NCBI GenBank assembly: GCA_013115125.1
Contig: JABANN010000033.1
Coordinates: 1 to 64,000, forward strand
Length of the DNA: 64,000 nucleotides
Direction: 5' to 3'
Source: Perkinsus olseni
Taxonomy: Eukaryota
The notes under the pieces are model-generated. The model saw only the letters and a program-made list of their open reading frames with translations. It searched no databases and was not told where the DNA came from. Below are positions 1 to 10,885 of this stretch, piece after piece. Numbering within the stretch: position 1 is the first letter of the stretch; each line of letters begins with the position of its first letter. The position numbers and the translations under genes are program-made.

Positions 1-8
1 TGGTAAGA

Positions 9-270
9 TGAAGCAAAATCCCACGAAAAATTGTCGTTTACGCCCCTGCAGCGTCGTCCAGACCATACCTGATGTTGCGTGGTTTCTCGCTGTGGCGCGT
101 GTGCAGTATTGCGTTCTGTGCGGTTGTCGTTCTACCTTGTGAGGCCTGTATGTAGTCAGAGGGATTTCGGCTCTCGCGGCAGTTAGCTGAAGCAAAATCC
201 CACGAGAAATTGTCGTTGCCTGCAGCCTCGTCCAGATCATACCTGATTTTGTGTGGTCTTTGCTGTGGCG
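9..270. repeat. Imperfect direct repeat, two copies of about 85 bp (9-97 and 188-270)
   Basis: Both copies read tgaagcaaaatcccacga(a/g)aaattgtcgtt...cctgcagc.tcgtccaga.catacctgat.ttg.gtggt...gctgtggcg; starts are 179 bp apart. Confidence 0.85.
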
Positions 271-1070
271 TCGCATACTCATTCTGTTATGGGTTTACTC
301 ACAGCATTACTCATTCTGCTCGTCCGCCATAGTGCTCAATCATGGGCCAAGACTGAGACGGAATTTCGTTGGATGATATGGATCTTGACTGAGTGGAAGA
401 ACCTTGAGCTTCAAATGTACTTGAGGTTGCGTTTCTATCGTATTTTAGAAAAGCGGGAAAAAAGCGGGAAAAAACGATATTTCGCGATTTTCCCGTCCCG
501 CCCCCAAAAAAATTTTCTCTCCCGCTTCCCTCTCGGGAAGCGGGAGGGAAGCGAGTCCCGTCAAGAACGAGACTCGCTTGCCGGCGTTTGTTCGAGGGAC
601 TCTCACGGTTGGAGTGATTTGAGAGAGACTCTAGTACGAGTTTACTCATTTGCTGCCACTGGGAACTCCCCTCACGTGGCATTTGATCTCTGCAACCCGA
701 CCTTTCAACTACTACACCTTCGATTTCGAGTTCCAAGTATTTGGGATTGAGGCCTTCTTGAACCACTGTGACATCAAGAACCACTCAGACTTGTCTACAT
801 CGACTTCCCCTTTCCTTCGGTTCTGCTAAGGCCACCCCGATACTTCACACAGAAGACCATGCCCGCGTACCCTTGAGACTACCCTGTTCATGAGACTAGA
901 ACCCTCCCGATTGGATACGGAAGACTCTTCTGTATGAATAGCTGAGCGCTCCCGCTTTCCTCAGATGAACTGTTTCTTCTTCAGTTTCTATATGACACTC
1001 TTGAGTTGCACGTAGTCCTCGGAGAAGTGCCCTTCACTCGGTGATTCCTTTTGTCTCTTAGTTTATTGTC

Positions 1071-2494
1071 ATGGACCCCGTTCATGTTGAGAACTTAGGG
1101 ATCGTCGCCCCTGTGATCTTCATAATCGCCATGCTGTGCATGCCCCCAGGAGTGGGCGGTGGTATACTGTTCGTTCCTCTCCTCAATCTCGTAGGCAGGC
1201 TCCCGTCTAAAAATGCTACAGCCATGAGTCAGGGGCTGATTATGTCGGCCACAGTGGCGAAGGTGAGAATCCGGGACAGCTTCTCCGAATCTTATCAGTA
1301 CGCTAATATCAGTACGCAGGTTCTCTTCTCACTGCATGCACAGTACACGTCCAAACACAAATCGAGAGTCATCAATCTGCCTTACGTAGTGCTTATGCTA
1401 CCGTGCATGATGGTCGGAGGCCTCATCGGCGTATACATATACTCCTGGTTGCCCGTGCTGATCCAGCTCATCCTCTACGTCATCACCGCACTCTTCGGCT
1501 CAGCACTTTCACTATTGAAGGGCTTTCGCCTCTGGCGAGCGGAAACTTTGGCGAAGACTCAGGCGAAGCTGGAAGTTGAGAATTCTAACAGCGGAGCTCA
1601 GGGAAGTCCCGGCGCGAATCCAGAGGAGCTCGTTTTGCCACCGCTGCTGCGACCAATCTCAAGGCGCAAAGCTATCGGTTGCTTGGCTGGTGTGCTCGGT
1701 GTTTGGATACTTGTCATACTCTCGAGACTCATTTTGGGATCCTCTTCAACTGAAAGTAGGCCAACGTCCCTCCGGCGACTCTTTGAAGTTATTCGAGCAT
1801 TGCTTTTAGGCGTGGTGGGAGTGCCATACTGCGAGTCCCTCTACTGGACCCTTTCTGCTGTCGTCGTGGTTGTACTTCTTATGGTACCCCTTTTGTACGC
1901 GCTGATAGATCGGGCTCCGGGATCTTCGAAGGCCGCAATTACGCTCTCTGGATCGTTGTTGGGTAAGTGCATTCTCGGGGTGGCCATAGAAGGGCCATCG
2001 TTGCCGCCGCCACCTTCCGGTCAAAACATGGCGGTGGTGCCCTTCAGGTATCGGGTTCTTGGCCGCAGTGGTAGGAATCAGCGGTGGTATCATAATCACG
2101 CCCTTGGTTATGTTCATGGGTTTGACGCCCCCTCAGGCTTCCGGGACAGGGTCCGTGGTAATCCTAGTCAACAGTTCGAGTAAGTTTCCGCCTCTCGGCC
2201 TCGTTGCCAGAGCACGATCCGTGCTCAGGTCTCGCCCTCTCATTTGGCCTTGGCGGCTTCCTGCCTGCTTCGTCCGATCTGTGGATCATCGCCCTTCCCT
2301 TCTGTGGTGCTCTCACCGGCGATATAATTTTGACGAAGATCATGAGGCGAACGGGACGCACGAGTATCCTGGCCTTCTTGTTATCTAGTCTCGCAGCCCT
2401 CGGCGCTGTTATCGTGCTTATAACAGGGATCATCAAGGTCGTCAACGAGAGCGAGACTGGGAAGAATCCCCTGTCCACAGGCAGATTCTGCTGA
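1071..2494 (+). CDS. TauE/SafE (TSUP) family membrane transporter, copy 1, spliced
   Basis: PGVGGGILFVP motif in the N-terminal half and VGISGGIIITP in the C-terminal half, with many hydrophobic helices. GT-AG introns at 1263-1319, 1756-1809, 1963-2047 and 2180-2228. Confidence 0.85.
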
Positions 2495-2865
2495 TCCCTT
2501 TGGCCGGCTCAAAACTTTACCAACTCATGAGCATCCGCGTTCAAATCCCTTCTCGCTTAGAGAGTAATTTTGGCAACCGTGTCGTCAAGTCGCATTTGGG
2601 AGCAGGAGGTGTATCATACCCCTCATTTTGAGCATTGCCTACGTCTTTGGGCTTCAGTCCGCTACCTAGCAGTCCGGGCTGTGTTAATTCAATGGTTCGA
2701 CGCGGAGTAGGGAGGACGGTAAGGGCCGACCCTAGCTCCTCTTAGATGGAAGTCGTGTCCAAGGTTACGAAAAGGGACGCGTGTATCTTCTTTGGGGCGG
2801 AGGTGAACGGTCGTTTCCATAAGAATCAGTGCTTTGCCGTTGTCACTTCGATAACTTGCAGTTTA

Positions 2866-5084
2866 ATGAACCCTGAATATATCACATCGATAGGAGTAGT
2901 GGCACCACTTGTGTTCATCATTGCTTTGCTCTGTACGCCACCTGGCATGGGAGGAGGTACTCTCTTCGTGCCAGTGCTCCATATCATAGGCCTATTGTCT
3001 GCTAGAGATGCCGCAGCCACAAGCCAGGTTTTAGTGGCTTCTGCCACTCTAGCAAAGGTGGGCACTTCTGCGTCCTCTGGAGCGTGAACCTCTCGTCCGC
3101 TGCAGGTTCTGTCATCCATTTACGTACAACTTCACGGAAGTAGTTCCGCTCAGTCGGTAATTATTTTGCCTTATGCGGCCCTTATGTTACCTCCTATGAT
3201 GGTTGGAGGTTTGCTGGGGGTTTACCTCTACACCTGGCTGCCCGAGATAGTCCAGATGGTCCTCTATGTGCTCACTGCAGTCCTTGCTTCCTGCATGGGC
3301 TTCAAGAAGGGCATGCGCTTATGGAAGTCCGAAAGAGCCGAGGCATCATCCAGCGCAGAGGCGGCCACTCGGTCAGCGTCGGAGATAACTGCTGTTTCCG
3401 CTGGGGCCTCGGTGGTCCAGAGAGTGCCATCAATTCTACGTCAGCCGAGTGCCAAAGTGGTTGTCGTCCTCATCGCGCTTCTGGGAGCCGTCTGGGTGTT
3501 GGTTAGTCTCTCTCGTTTGTTGCTGGGCTCATCGTCAACGCCAAGTACGTAGGGAGCTTGAGGCCTGGTTTCTTAGGAAATCGTGCTTTTCACTATAATC
3601 CTCCGAAAATTTCGGACCGTGCGGAAGCGCGTCCCGCTAATTGCTATTTCGGACCGAAATAGCTATGAGCAGGACGCGCTATAGCTTTGGTACTGAGATT
3701 GGGGCGCTCTGTAGCATTTGATACGCAGTGTGGTCGGATGGTTCGTCTAAAAGCTTTCCTGAAGGGGTGAAGTCGAACAAAGAAGCTTCCTTTTCTCTCG
3801 GAGTCTCCTGCGAAATTCCCATGATGCAGACGTTGGGAGTGTGAATAGTGAATGGCTCTGGTCTGATTTGCGCGATCTCCATCAGTGTTAGAGCCAGCAA
3901 TCAGGCATTAGCCTGTGTCTGGTTCCAACTATCAGTTGGAGGCCACCACGGTTCAGTTGGACACGAAAGCTGCCCGATTCCATACCCGATCTGGGTCGAG
4001 TCAGCAGTCTCTAGTATCCTACTACCTCCACATCCAGGGAGCGGAGGGCCAATGGGTCGAGCTCACATCCGCCATCATTACAGCCATAACTTCAGGCCGT
4101 ACCTTTCGCTAGCACCTTGCTAGCACCTCTAGCATTGTACTGTACCGAACTACCGTGACTCTCTTGTTATCTTTGGCTCGCACAAGCCCCTCTTGTGCAC
4201 AGTGCAGGCATAGGATTGCTAACAGGAAGACCTGTGCGCATCGCAGAATATCGATGGCTCGAAGCGGACGTATTGAAATTATACAGTTGAATGGCGATCG
4301 TCAATGCGTGGGTAGCTCCAATCGAGATGAGATTTTTTGAGGCCCACGACGTCAGAAGGCTGTTCGCGCGAGGACCGATACGTCATTCATCGCGGATTCT
4401 CAGGTCTCATAGGCGTCCCCTACTGCCAGTATCTGTACTGGACCCTCTCTGGCGTTGTAATCGTGGTGTTGATACTGATGCCGGGACTCGTCGTCCTGGT
4501 TGCTAAATCTCCGGATATGATCAAACTCGCTGTGAAGCTCTCAGGCGCTCTGCTCTGTGAGACCCTGCTTGAGAGCTCCGCCACCCTTAACCTCTGGATG
4601 CCAGGTATTGGCTTCATAGCAGCTATGGTTGGACAGGGTGGTGGCAGTCTTATGACCCCGCTGCTCCTATATATGGACTTGAACCCTCAGCAAGCTTCTG
4701 CTACGGGCTCTGTTGTCATGCTTATTACTAGTTCGAGTAAGTCGGGGGCGAGAACCCTGTGCGATGCTGATGGGCACTTCAGGTTTAGCGTTGTCTTTCG
4801 GTCTCGGGGGCTTCTTGCCCGCCGCGTCTGATATGTGGATTGCAGTACTGCCGTTTGTTGGTGCTTTCGTTTGCTGGTGCGTCACCAAGCAAAGCACTGC
4901 TTTGCTTGGTGACGTCCTCCTAACGAGATTGGTGTTGTGGAGCCGCCGGCTAAGCTTGTTTGCTCTGTTGCTGGCCACTTTGGCAATGACGGGCGCCATG
5001 GTGATCTTCACCACCGGAATAGTTCAAGTTTTATCAGCCTATAAACGCGGAAAGAGCCCTCTCCATTTCGGATCTATCTGTTGA
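2866..5084 (+). CDS. TauE/SafE family transporter, copy 2, spliced, with long intron 2
   Basis: PGMGGGTLFVP and VGQGGGSLMTP motifs; same intron positions as copy 1; intron 2 is 3545-4403. Confidence 0.85.
3626..3680. repeat. Inverted repeat with 27-bp arms (3 mismatches) and 1-nt spacer, inside TauE copy 2 intron
   Basis: agcgcgtcccgctaattgctatttcgg-a-ccgaaatagctatgagcaggacgcgct. Confidence 0.9.
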
Positions 5085-6377
5085 TCCAATCGTCCAGCCA
5101 GTTCGAATTCGTGGCAGCGTCGAACTGGTGCTTGGCCAGTGTGAGACATGAAGGCAGAATTCCATCTGCACTCACAAGTTGGCACAGTGTTTGTTACATC
5201 CTGTATAGACGTAACGGTCCCCCTCGTAGGCCAACAGTTATTACGATCCTTTCGAGTGTGTGAATATTCTAGTTGGGGAGGCCGCTTTCAAAGCAGCAAT
5301 TAATCAGTTTCGTTCACTGATTGCGCTCCTCGAGTTGCTTCAACGTCAGAGGAAAGGCTGGCATTTTACGGAAGTTGCGGTGCCAAAGATCTGAGAAACA
5401 CACATCAATATCCTCGCCCCTGTCGAGGGTGAGGCGTGCTGGTAGCTGTAGCAGTGTCGACGGATATACTCGAACTTCGAGTTTCCAAGTCGTGACAGAG
5501 CTGTCGATTGATGGACGATTATATTTCTGGGAACACAATCCTAAAGGCGAATACAGATCTAAGATAATACTTGAGCAGCTCAAGTTCAATACCAACCTTG
5601 CCGAGAGCAGCTCAAGTTGAGCTGCTTTCGGCAAGGTTGGTACGCGTGCCAACAATGATCCTCTACAGAATCTTATTGTAAACGATCTTTTGACGCATAT
5701 AAGACACGATCAGACTCCGTGTCAAGACTCCGGCGCCCGTCGAATACTGTCTACTCCACACCGGCAAGGCCGCACAATTAACAGTTAAAAGGTAGCTGAT
5801 AATGGCCGAACCGAGTCGATTGACACCCTATATAGCGAGCAATCGATCTATCGCAGCTAGAGCACTGTCCAACAGGGGCAGGCAGACCCCCGTACCACAC
5901 TAGTACTCTGTGACGAGGGTTCTCCATTATTACACGGCGGTTGGATTCTGCCGACGGCCGCTCAACTGCACGCACGGACATAGGGGGCTGAGCTTCTCAC
6001 ATCCGTGCTGCAGCTGCGGATTACTCCCGAATCATCCAATTATGAGCGTGACTTATTCGATGACACCCCGTTCGTAGTCAGTATCACTCTCATTTCCTAA
6101 TGGTTAACTCCGTAGTCATTGACACCCTCGAGTTAACACTGGGAAGGCTCGATCTTGAGCTAAGGGACACCGCATCATCTGCACGCCGTCGCAGATGTAT
6201 GCAAAATCCTGTGCGTCTACTCGTTCCCGCCTGTGTTCTATGTCACACACCAATCGTTACACCGCCGCCCTTGTGGGAGCCACGCAGACCACTATGTGTG
6301 GCCTGCTATCGTTGTTTTAATTGAAGCAGTGAACCCTATGTGTATGTTTGCCATCTGCATGCTTTTACGTTATGTGC

Positions 6378-6462
6378 TGTGCGTAGCGCAGGGTGCGCAG
6401 GGTGCGCATAGCGCAGGGTGCGCTATGGTGCGTAGCGCACCACCGTTATGTGCGTAGCGTAC
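6378..6462. repeat. Short GC-rich tandem repeat cluster
   Basis: gcgcagggt occurs three times and gtgcgtagcg three times within about 85 bp. Confidence 0.7.
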
Positions 6463-6779
6463 ATTGTCTTGCGTGCACACTCCCTTTGGCCCCGCATTCC
6501 ACTGCCATAACACTAAGCGCAACTATAAGATTGTCCGGCCTATCAGTCCTCAGAAATCATCACCCCTCTACCTCGTCCTGCGTTTGCCATCCAAGTGGTC
6601 AATGACTAGCAGTTATGACAGTACTGTTGTGGTACCGCGGGGTCGGTGCTCCGTGTCTGACGCGGAGGCTGTCCCTCGAGGGGCGTCACGTTTCATTCCG
6701 GGCGAATCGTTCCTGCTCTTGTAAACCGGTATCATCCACGTCAGATGCCCTATGTAGTGCATTATTGCTCGATTTGTAC

Positions 6780-8261
6780 ATGGCAGCTCCTCCGATCGAT
6801 AACCTAGGTGCGGTTGCGCCCCTCCTTTTCGTCATAGCACTGCTTTGCATGCCCTCGGGTATCGGGGGAGGAGTCCTCTTCGTCCCAGTGCTCCGTCTTA
6901 TCGGCGGACTCTCTCTGAAGGAATCAACAGCACTGAGTCAAGCACTGATTGCGTCAGCGTCACTAGCTGCGGTGAGAATGGCTTCAATTCCACCTGGCTT
7001 TTTCGTTGAATCTCATCCTCCTCAGACACTTTTCAACTTCTTCGAGCAGTACCGTGCCAGGAACGAGCCCAAGTCGCTCATCGTGTGGCCTTTCGTAATC
7101 CTCATACTGCCGGGCACTGTGATCGGTTCCCTCATTGGTGTCTACATCTACTCCTGGCTCCCCTCATTGTTTGTGCTTATTCTCTATTTTTGCTTCGCCT
7201 GTCTTGGAAGCTTCATGGCCTTTCGGAAGGGCTTTAGACTGTGGAAGGCGGAGACTAGGGCGAAGAAACGAGACCCGGACTCGGATACAACCGACTCCGG
7301 TAGCTCACCAGTTGAGGCTCCGGGCATCCCTTCCCTCCAGAGGATGCCGAGTACAATTAAGCTCGTCTACTACATGACTGTGGTGGCTGTGATATGGGCG
7401 ATATGCCTCATCTTCCCACCCTTGACAGGGAATTCGTCTACCGGAAGTAGGGCCCAGTTTAGAGTCATGTCACGAGTCGAGCTACTTATTCCGCAGGTGT
7501 GATCGGAGTCCCCTACTGTGAGGCGGCGTATTGGGTACTTGCCGCGGTACAAGGTGTTATACTCCTCCTCATCCCCGCTGGATACGTGGCGGTTGAAAGT
7601 TCCCCGGGAACTATCAAGACTGGCTCTATCCTAATGGGGAGTATGATCGGTAGGAACGAGGAAGCTGCTGATTCGGTCTCGTATAATTCTTACGTTGACC
7701 GAGAATGCGGCGTATGGCTTCGAGGTCATGCCATGTTCCTCTCAGTTATCGGTTTGATCTCCTCTATTGTCGGTACCAGTGGTGGCCTCTTCATGATTCG
7801 TGTAGTTCTATCACTCGGGCTTGACCCCAAGCAAAGTACAGCCACTACTGCCATAGTCATCTTTGCTACGAGCACTAGTAAGAATGGGCTTCGATACTAG
7901 CCTCTTACACACGAGGAAGTTTCGCGGTTAGCTTGAGCGGGCCCACCGCGCCAAGGCGCTATCGTAACGGCAGGGTTCCATCGATCTTGATTCAGGTACA
8001 GCTCTGTCCTTCGCGTTGGGCGGTTACTTCCCTCCTGCTTCGGACATGTGGATTACTGTCATGCCATTCGCCGGTGCGCTGCTAGGCAAAACCATAGTAG
8101 CCAAACTGTTGGCAATGACAGGCCGCCTGAGCGTACTGGTCCTTCTGCTTGGTACAATGGTAGCCATTGGTGGCATCACCACAATCACTACTGGCATCAT
8201 TTCTGCAGTTAACGACGCGAATAACGGTGGTGATATTGTGCAATTCGGAAGTTTCTGCTAG
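6780..8261 (+). CDS. TauE/SafE family transporter, copy 3, spliced
   Basis: MAAPPIDNLGAVAP, PSGIGGGVLFVP, GLDPKQSTAT; ends FGSFC*; four introns at positions homologous to the other copies. Confidence 0.85.
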
Positions 8262-9082
8262 TCTTTTTCTGCTCCTATTTTCTGTTGTATGGTATTTCGT
8301 GGAACCGTGGTATTTCGTAAAGGGGGTCGAGTGGTTTCTCAACCGAGGGCAATTTTCTCATTAGCCCTTTCATTCGAGTCCCTCGCGCTTTGTAAACGAT
8401 TTTCCTGAGGAAGGAGATATCCCGTTGAGTTATGCAGCTTTCATCGGGTTCATCCTTTTACCGCTGCTTCATTGAAAACGAATCAACAATCCCGGAACTG
8501 ATCGTGATGAAGAAGGTGCCAAACCCTAATGCTGTTTCGCAACGCGCGTAGTTGATTGCCAGAACGCAACAACCCTTGAGAGGTTGGAAGATGCTTAAGA
8601 GAGAGCTAAGGAACGCTGGCGAGACGGGTGCAGGGTGTCACCACCGGCGTCACGTCACCTGTTGTAGACAGTCTCGGACGTGCGCTAAGAGCTATGGCGT
8701 GCGCTAGACGTGCGCGTGCTGGTGGCATACCACTCGCGTGCAACGTAGCATTTTAATTATCGTCAGGCAACGATGACGGGAAACCCGAGACCCGACAGGG
8801 CAATCCGACCCCGGAACTGTTACCCAGGGCAACCAGAAAGCCGAACTTTTGCCCAGGTAAACCAGATCCCTGCTTCCTTCGATTTTGTACCTTCCTCGTG
8901 GATTTTGGGAATTACCCGGAGGCCGGTGTAGTTGAGAAATATCAAGTGAACAAGATTGCAAGTTAAACTAAAATCTACTGAGTGGTGGTCCAAATTTTTG
9001 GAAGGGCTCAGCACGGTTTCGGGACATATACGGGCTGTGAGTGTTACTACTGAGTATAGCGAATATCCACCAGTTTTTTAAT

Positions 9083-10548
9083 ATGACAGCCCCTCCGATC
9101 GATAACCTAGGGGCGGTGGCGCCCCTCGTTTTCGTCATAGCACTGCTCTGCATGCCCTCGGGCATTGGCGGCGGCATCCTCTATGTTCCAGTACTCCGTC
9201 TCATCGGCGGACTTTCTCAAAAGGAATCGTCATCACTGAGTCAAGCACTGATAGCGGCAGCTTCACTAGCTGCGGTAGTACTCACCCCTGTCTCAATTGT
9301 TGGATACTGGCCCCTGTTCTCAGAACCTCTTTAACTTTTACGCACAGTACCGCGACAGAAGCGAACCTAAGGCGATCATTGTGTGGCCTTTTGTTATCCT
9401 CATGCTACCATGCGCCGTCATCGGCTCGCTTATCGGCGTCTACATCTACTCCTGGCTCCCCTCACTGCTGCAACTCATTCTTTATTTCTGCGTCGCCTGT
9501 CTGGGAAGCTTCATGGCCTATCGGAAGGGCTTTAGGCTGTGGAAGGCGGAGACTAGGGCCAAGGAACGGGAATCGGACTCTGCAACGACTCTCACTCGGA
9601 CTCTCTCGACTGACATCCAAGGGATCCCGCCGCTCCAAAGGATGCCCAGCAGGGCGAAGTTCATCACCTACTCGGTCGTGGTCGCCTTCACGTGGGCCAT
9701 ATGCCTCGTGTTCCCTCCATTACGAGGCTCTTCATCAAGCGAAAGTAGTAGCAATGACTCGGACTGCGTATCTGCCACGAGCTGACGCTGATTGAATCCG
9801 GGTTCATTCCGCAGGTGTAATCGGAGTGCCCTACTGTGAAGCGGCGTATTGGGTACTTGCCGCGGTACAAGGTGTTATACTCCTCCTCGTCCCCGCCGGA
9901 TTCATGGTTGTTGAACGTTCTCCGAACACTGTCAAAATTGGCTTCATCCTGATAGCGGCGATGATCGGTAATTACAAGAGGATAGGCGATTCAGGATTGC
10001 CTTTCCCAATGCCTCGTCACGGCACTTCGGTTTCCTTCATCAACTCCCTTTCAGTCATCGGTCTGATCGCGTCCATGGTGGGAATCGGCGGTGGGCTTCT
10101 GATGAACCCCCTGGTCCTATCTCTCGGGCTTGATCCCAAGCAGAGCACTGCCACCACTACGATCGTTATTTTTGCTACGAGCACTAGTAATAGGGAGTGC
10201 GAGCGGATGCCGCTGTCTTATTCGTAGCTTCTGCAGGCTGACGCGAGGGGACGCATGGCAGCGTCAAGCTGTTTGTTGTCAGGTACAGCTCTGTCCTTCG
10301 CGTTGGGCGGTTACTTCCCACCTGCTTCTGACATGTGGATTACTGTCATGCCATTCGCCGGTGCGCTGCTTGGAAAAACCATAGTAGCCAAATTAGTGTC
10401 CATGACAGGGCGCCTGAGTGCGCTCGTCCTACTGCTTGGTACAATGGTAGCCATTGGTGGTGTCACCACCATCACATCCGGTATCATCTCTGTCGTGGAT
10501 GATGCTGACAATGGTGAAAACATCATGCAGTTCGGAAGTTTCTGTTAG
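9083..10548 (+). CDS. TauE/SafE family transporter, copy 4, spliced; closest paralog of copy 3
   Basis: MTAPPIDNLGAVAP, PSGIGGGILYVP, VGIGGGLLMNP; ends FGSFC*. Confidence 0.85.
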
Positions 10549-10885
10549 ACTTTTTAATCGTTTTGATGCTTAACGGTCTCTTGTCGGATCTAAACTAAAT
10601 GGAACTACTTCGCCTGTTGAGCGCCGATGTAATTGAGATTTGGCTCCATCACTTGCATTCAGTGTACTTTTGCTTCATCAGCAAATTTATTGACAAAAGT
10701 AAAACCGGTTGTTGAGTTATGCGAGTTTGTTCGCTTTTGGTTCTGGGACCTCAGCCACTCCTAGGCGAGGCTTTAGTGGTATAGCGTTAATAAACGGATA
10801 TTTGAACTTGAGTGGTTGGCGAGGTGTTTGGGATGATTGATTTGTGTTTGTCGCATTTCCAGTTGCTGCATATCTGAGGCGCGTA

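Noticed and set aside
253-784. Overlapping ORFs 253-750 (+) and 311-784 (-)
   Set aside because: Non-ATG starts, run through repeat and hairpin DNA, no recognisable motifs.
8521-8529. Telomere-like AAACCCTAA
   Set aside because: Single copy, expected by chance.
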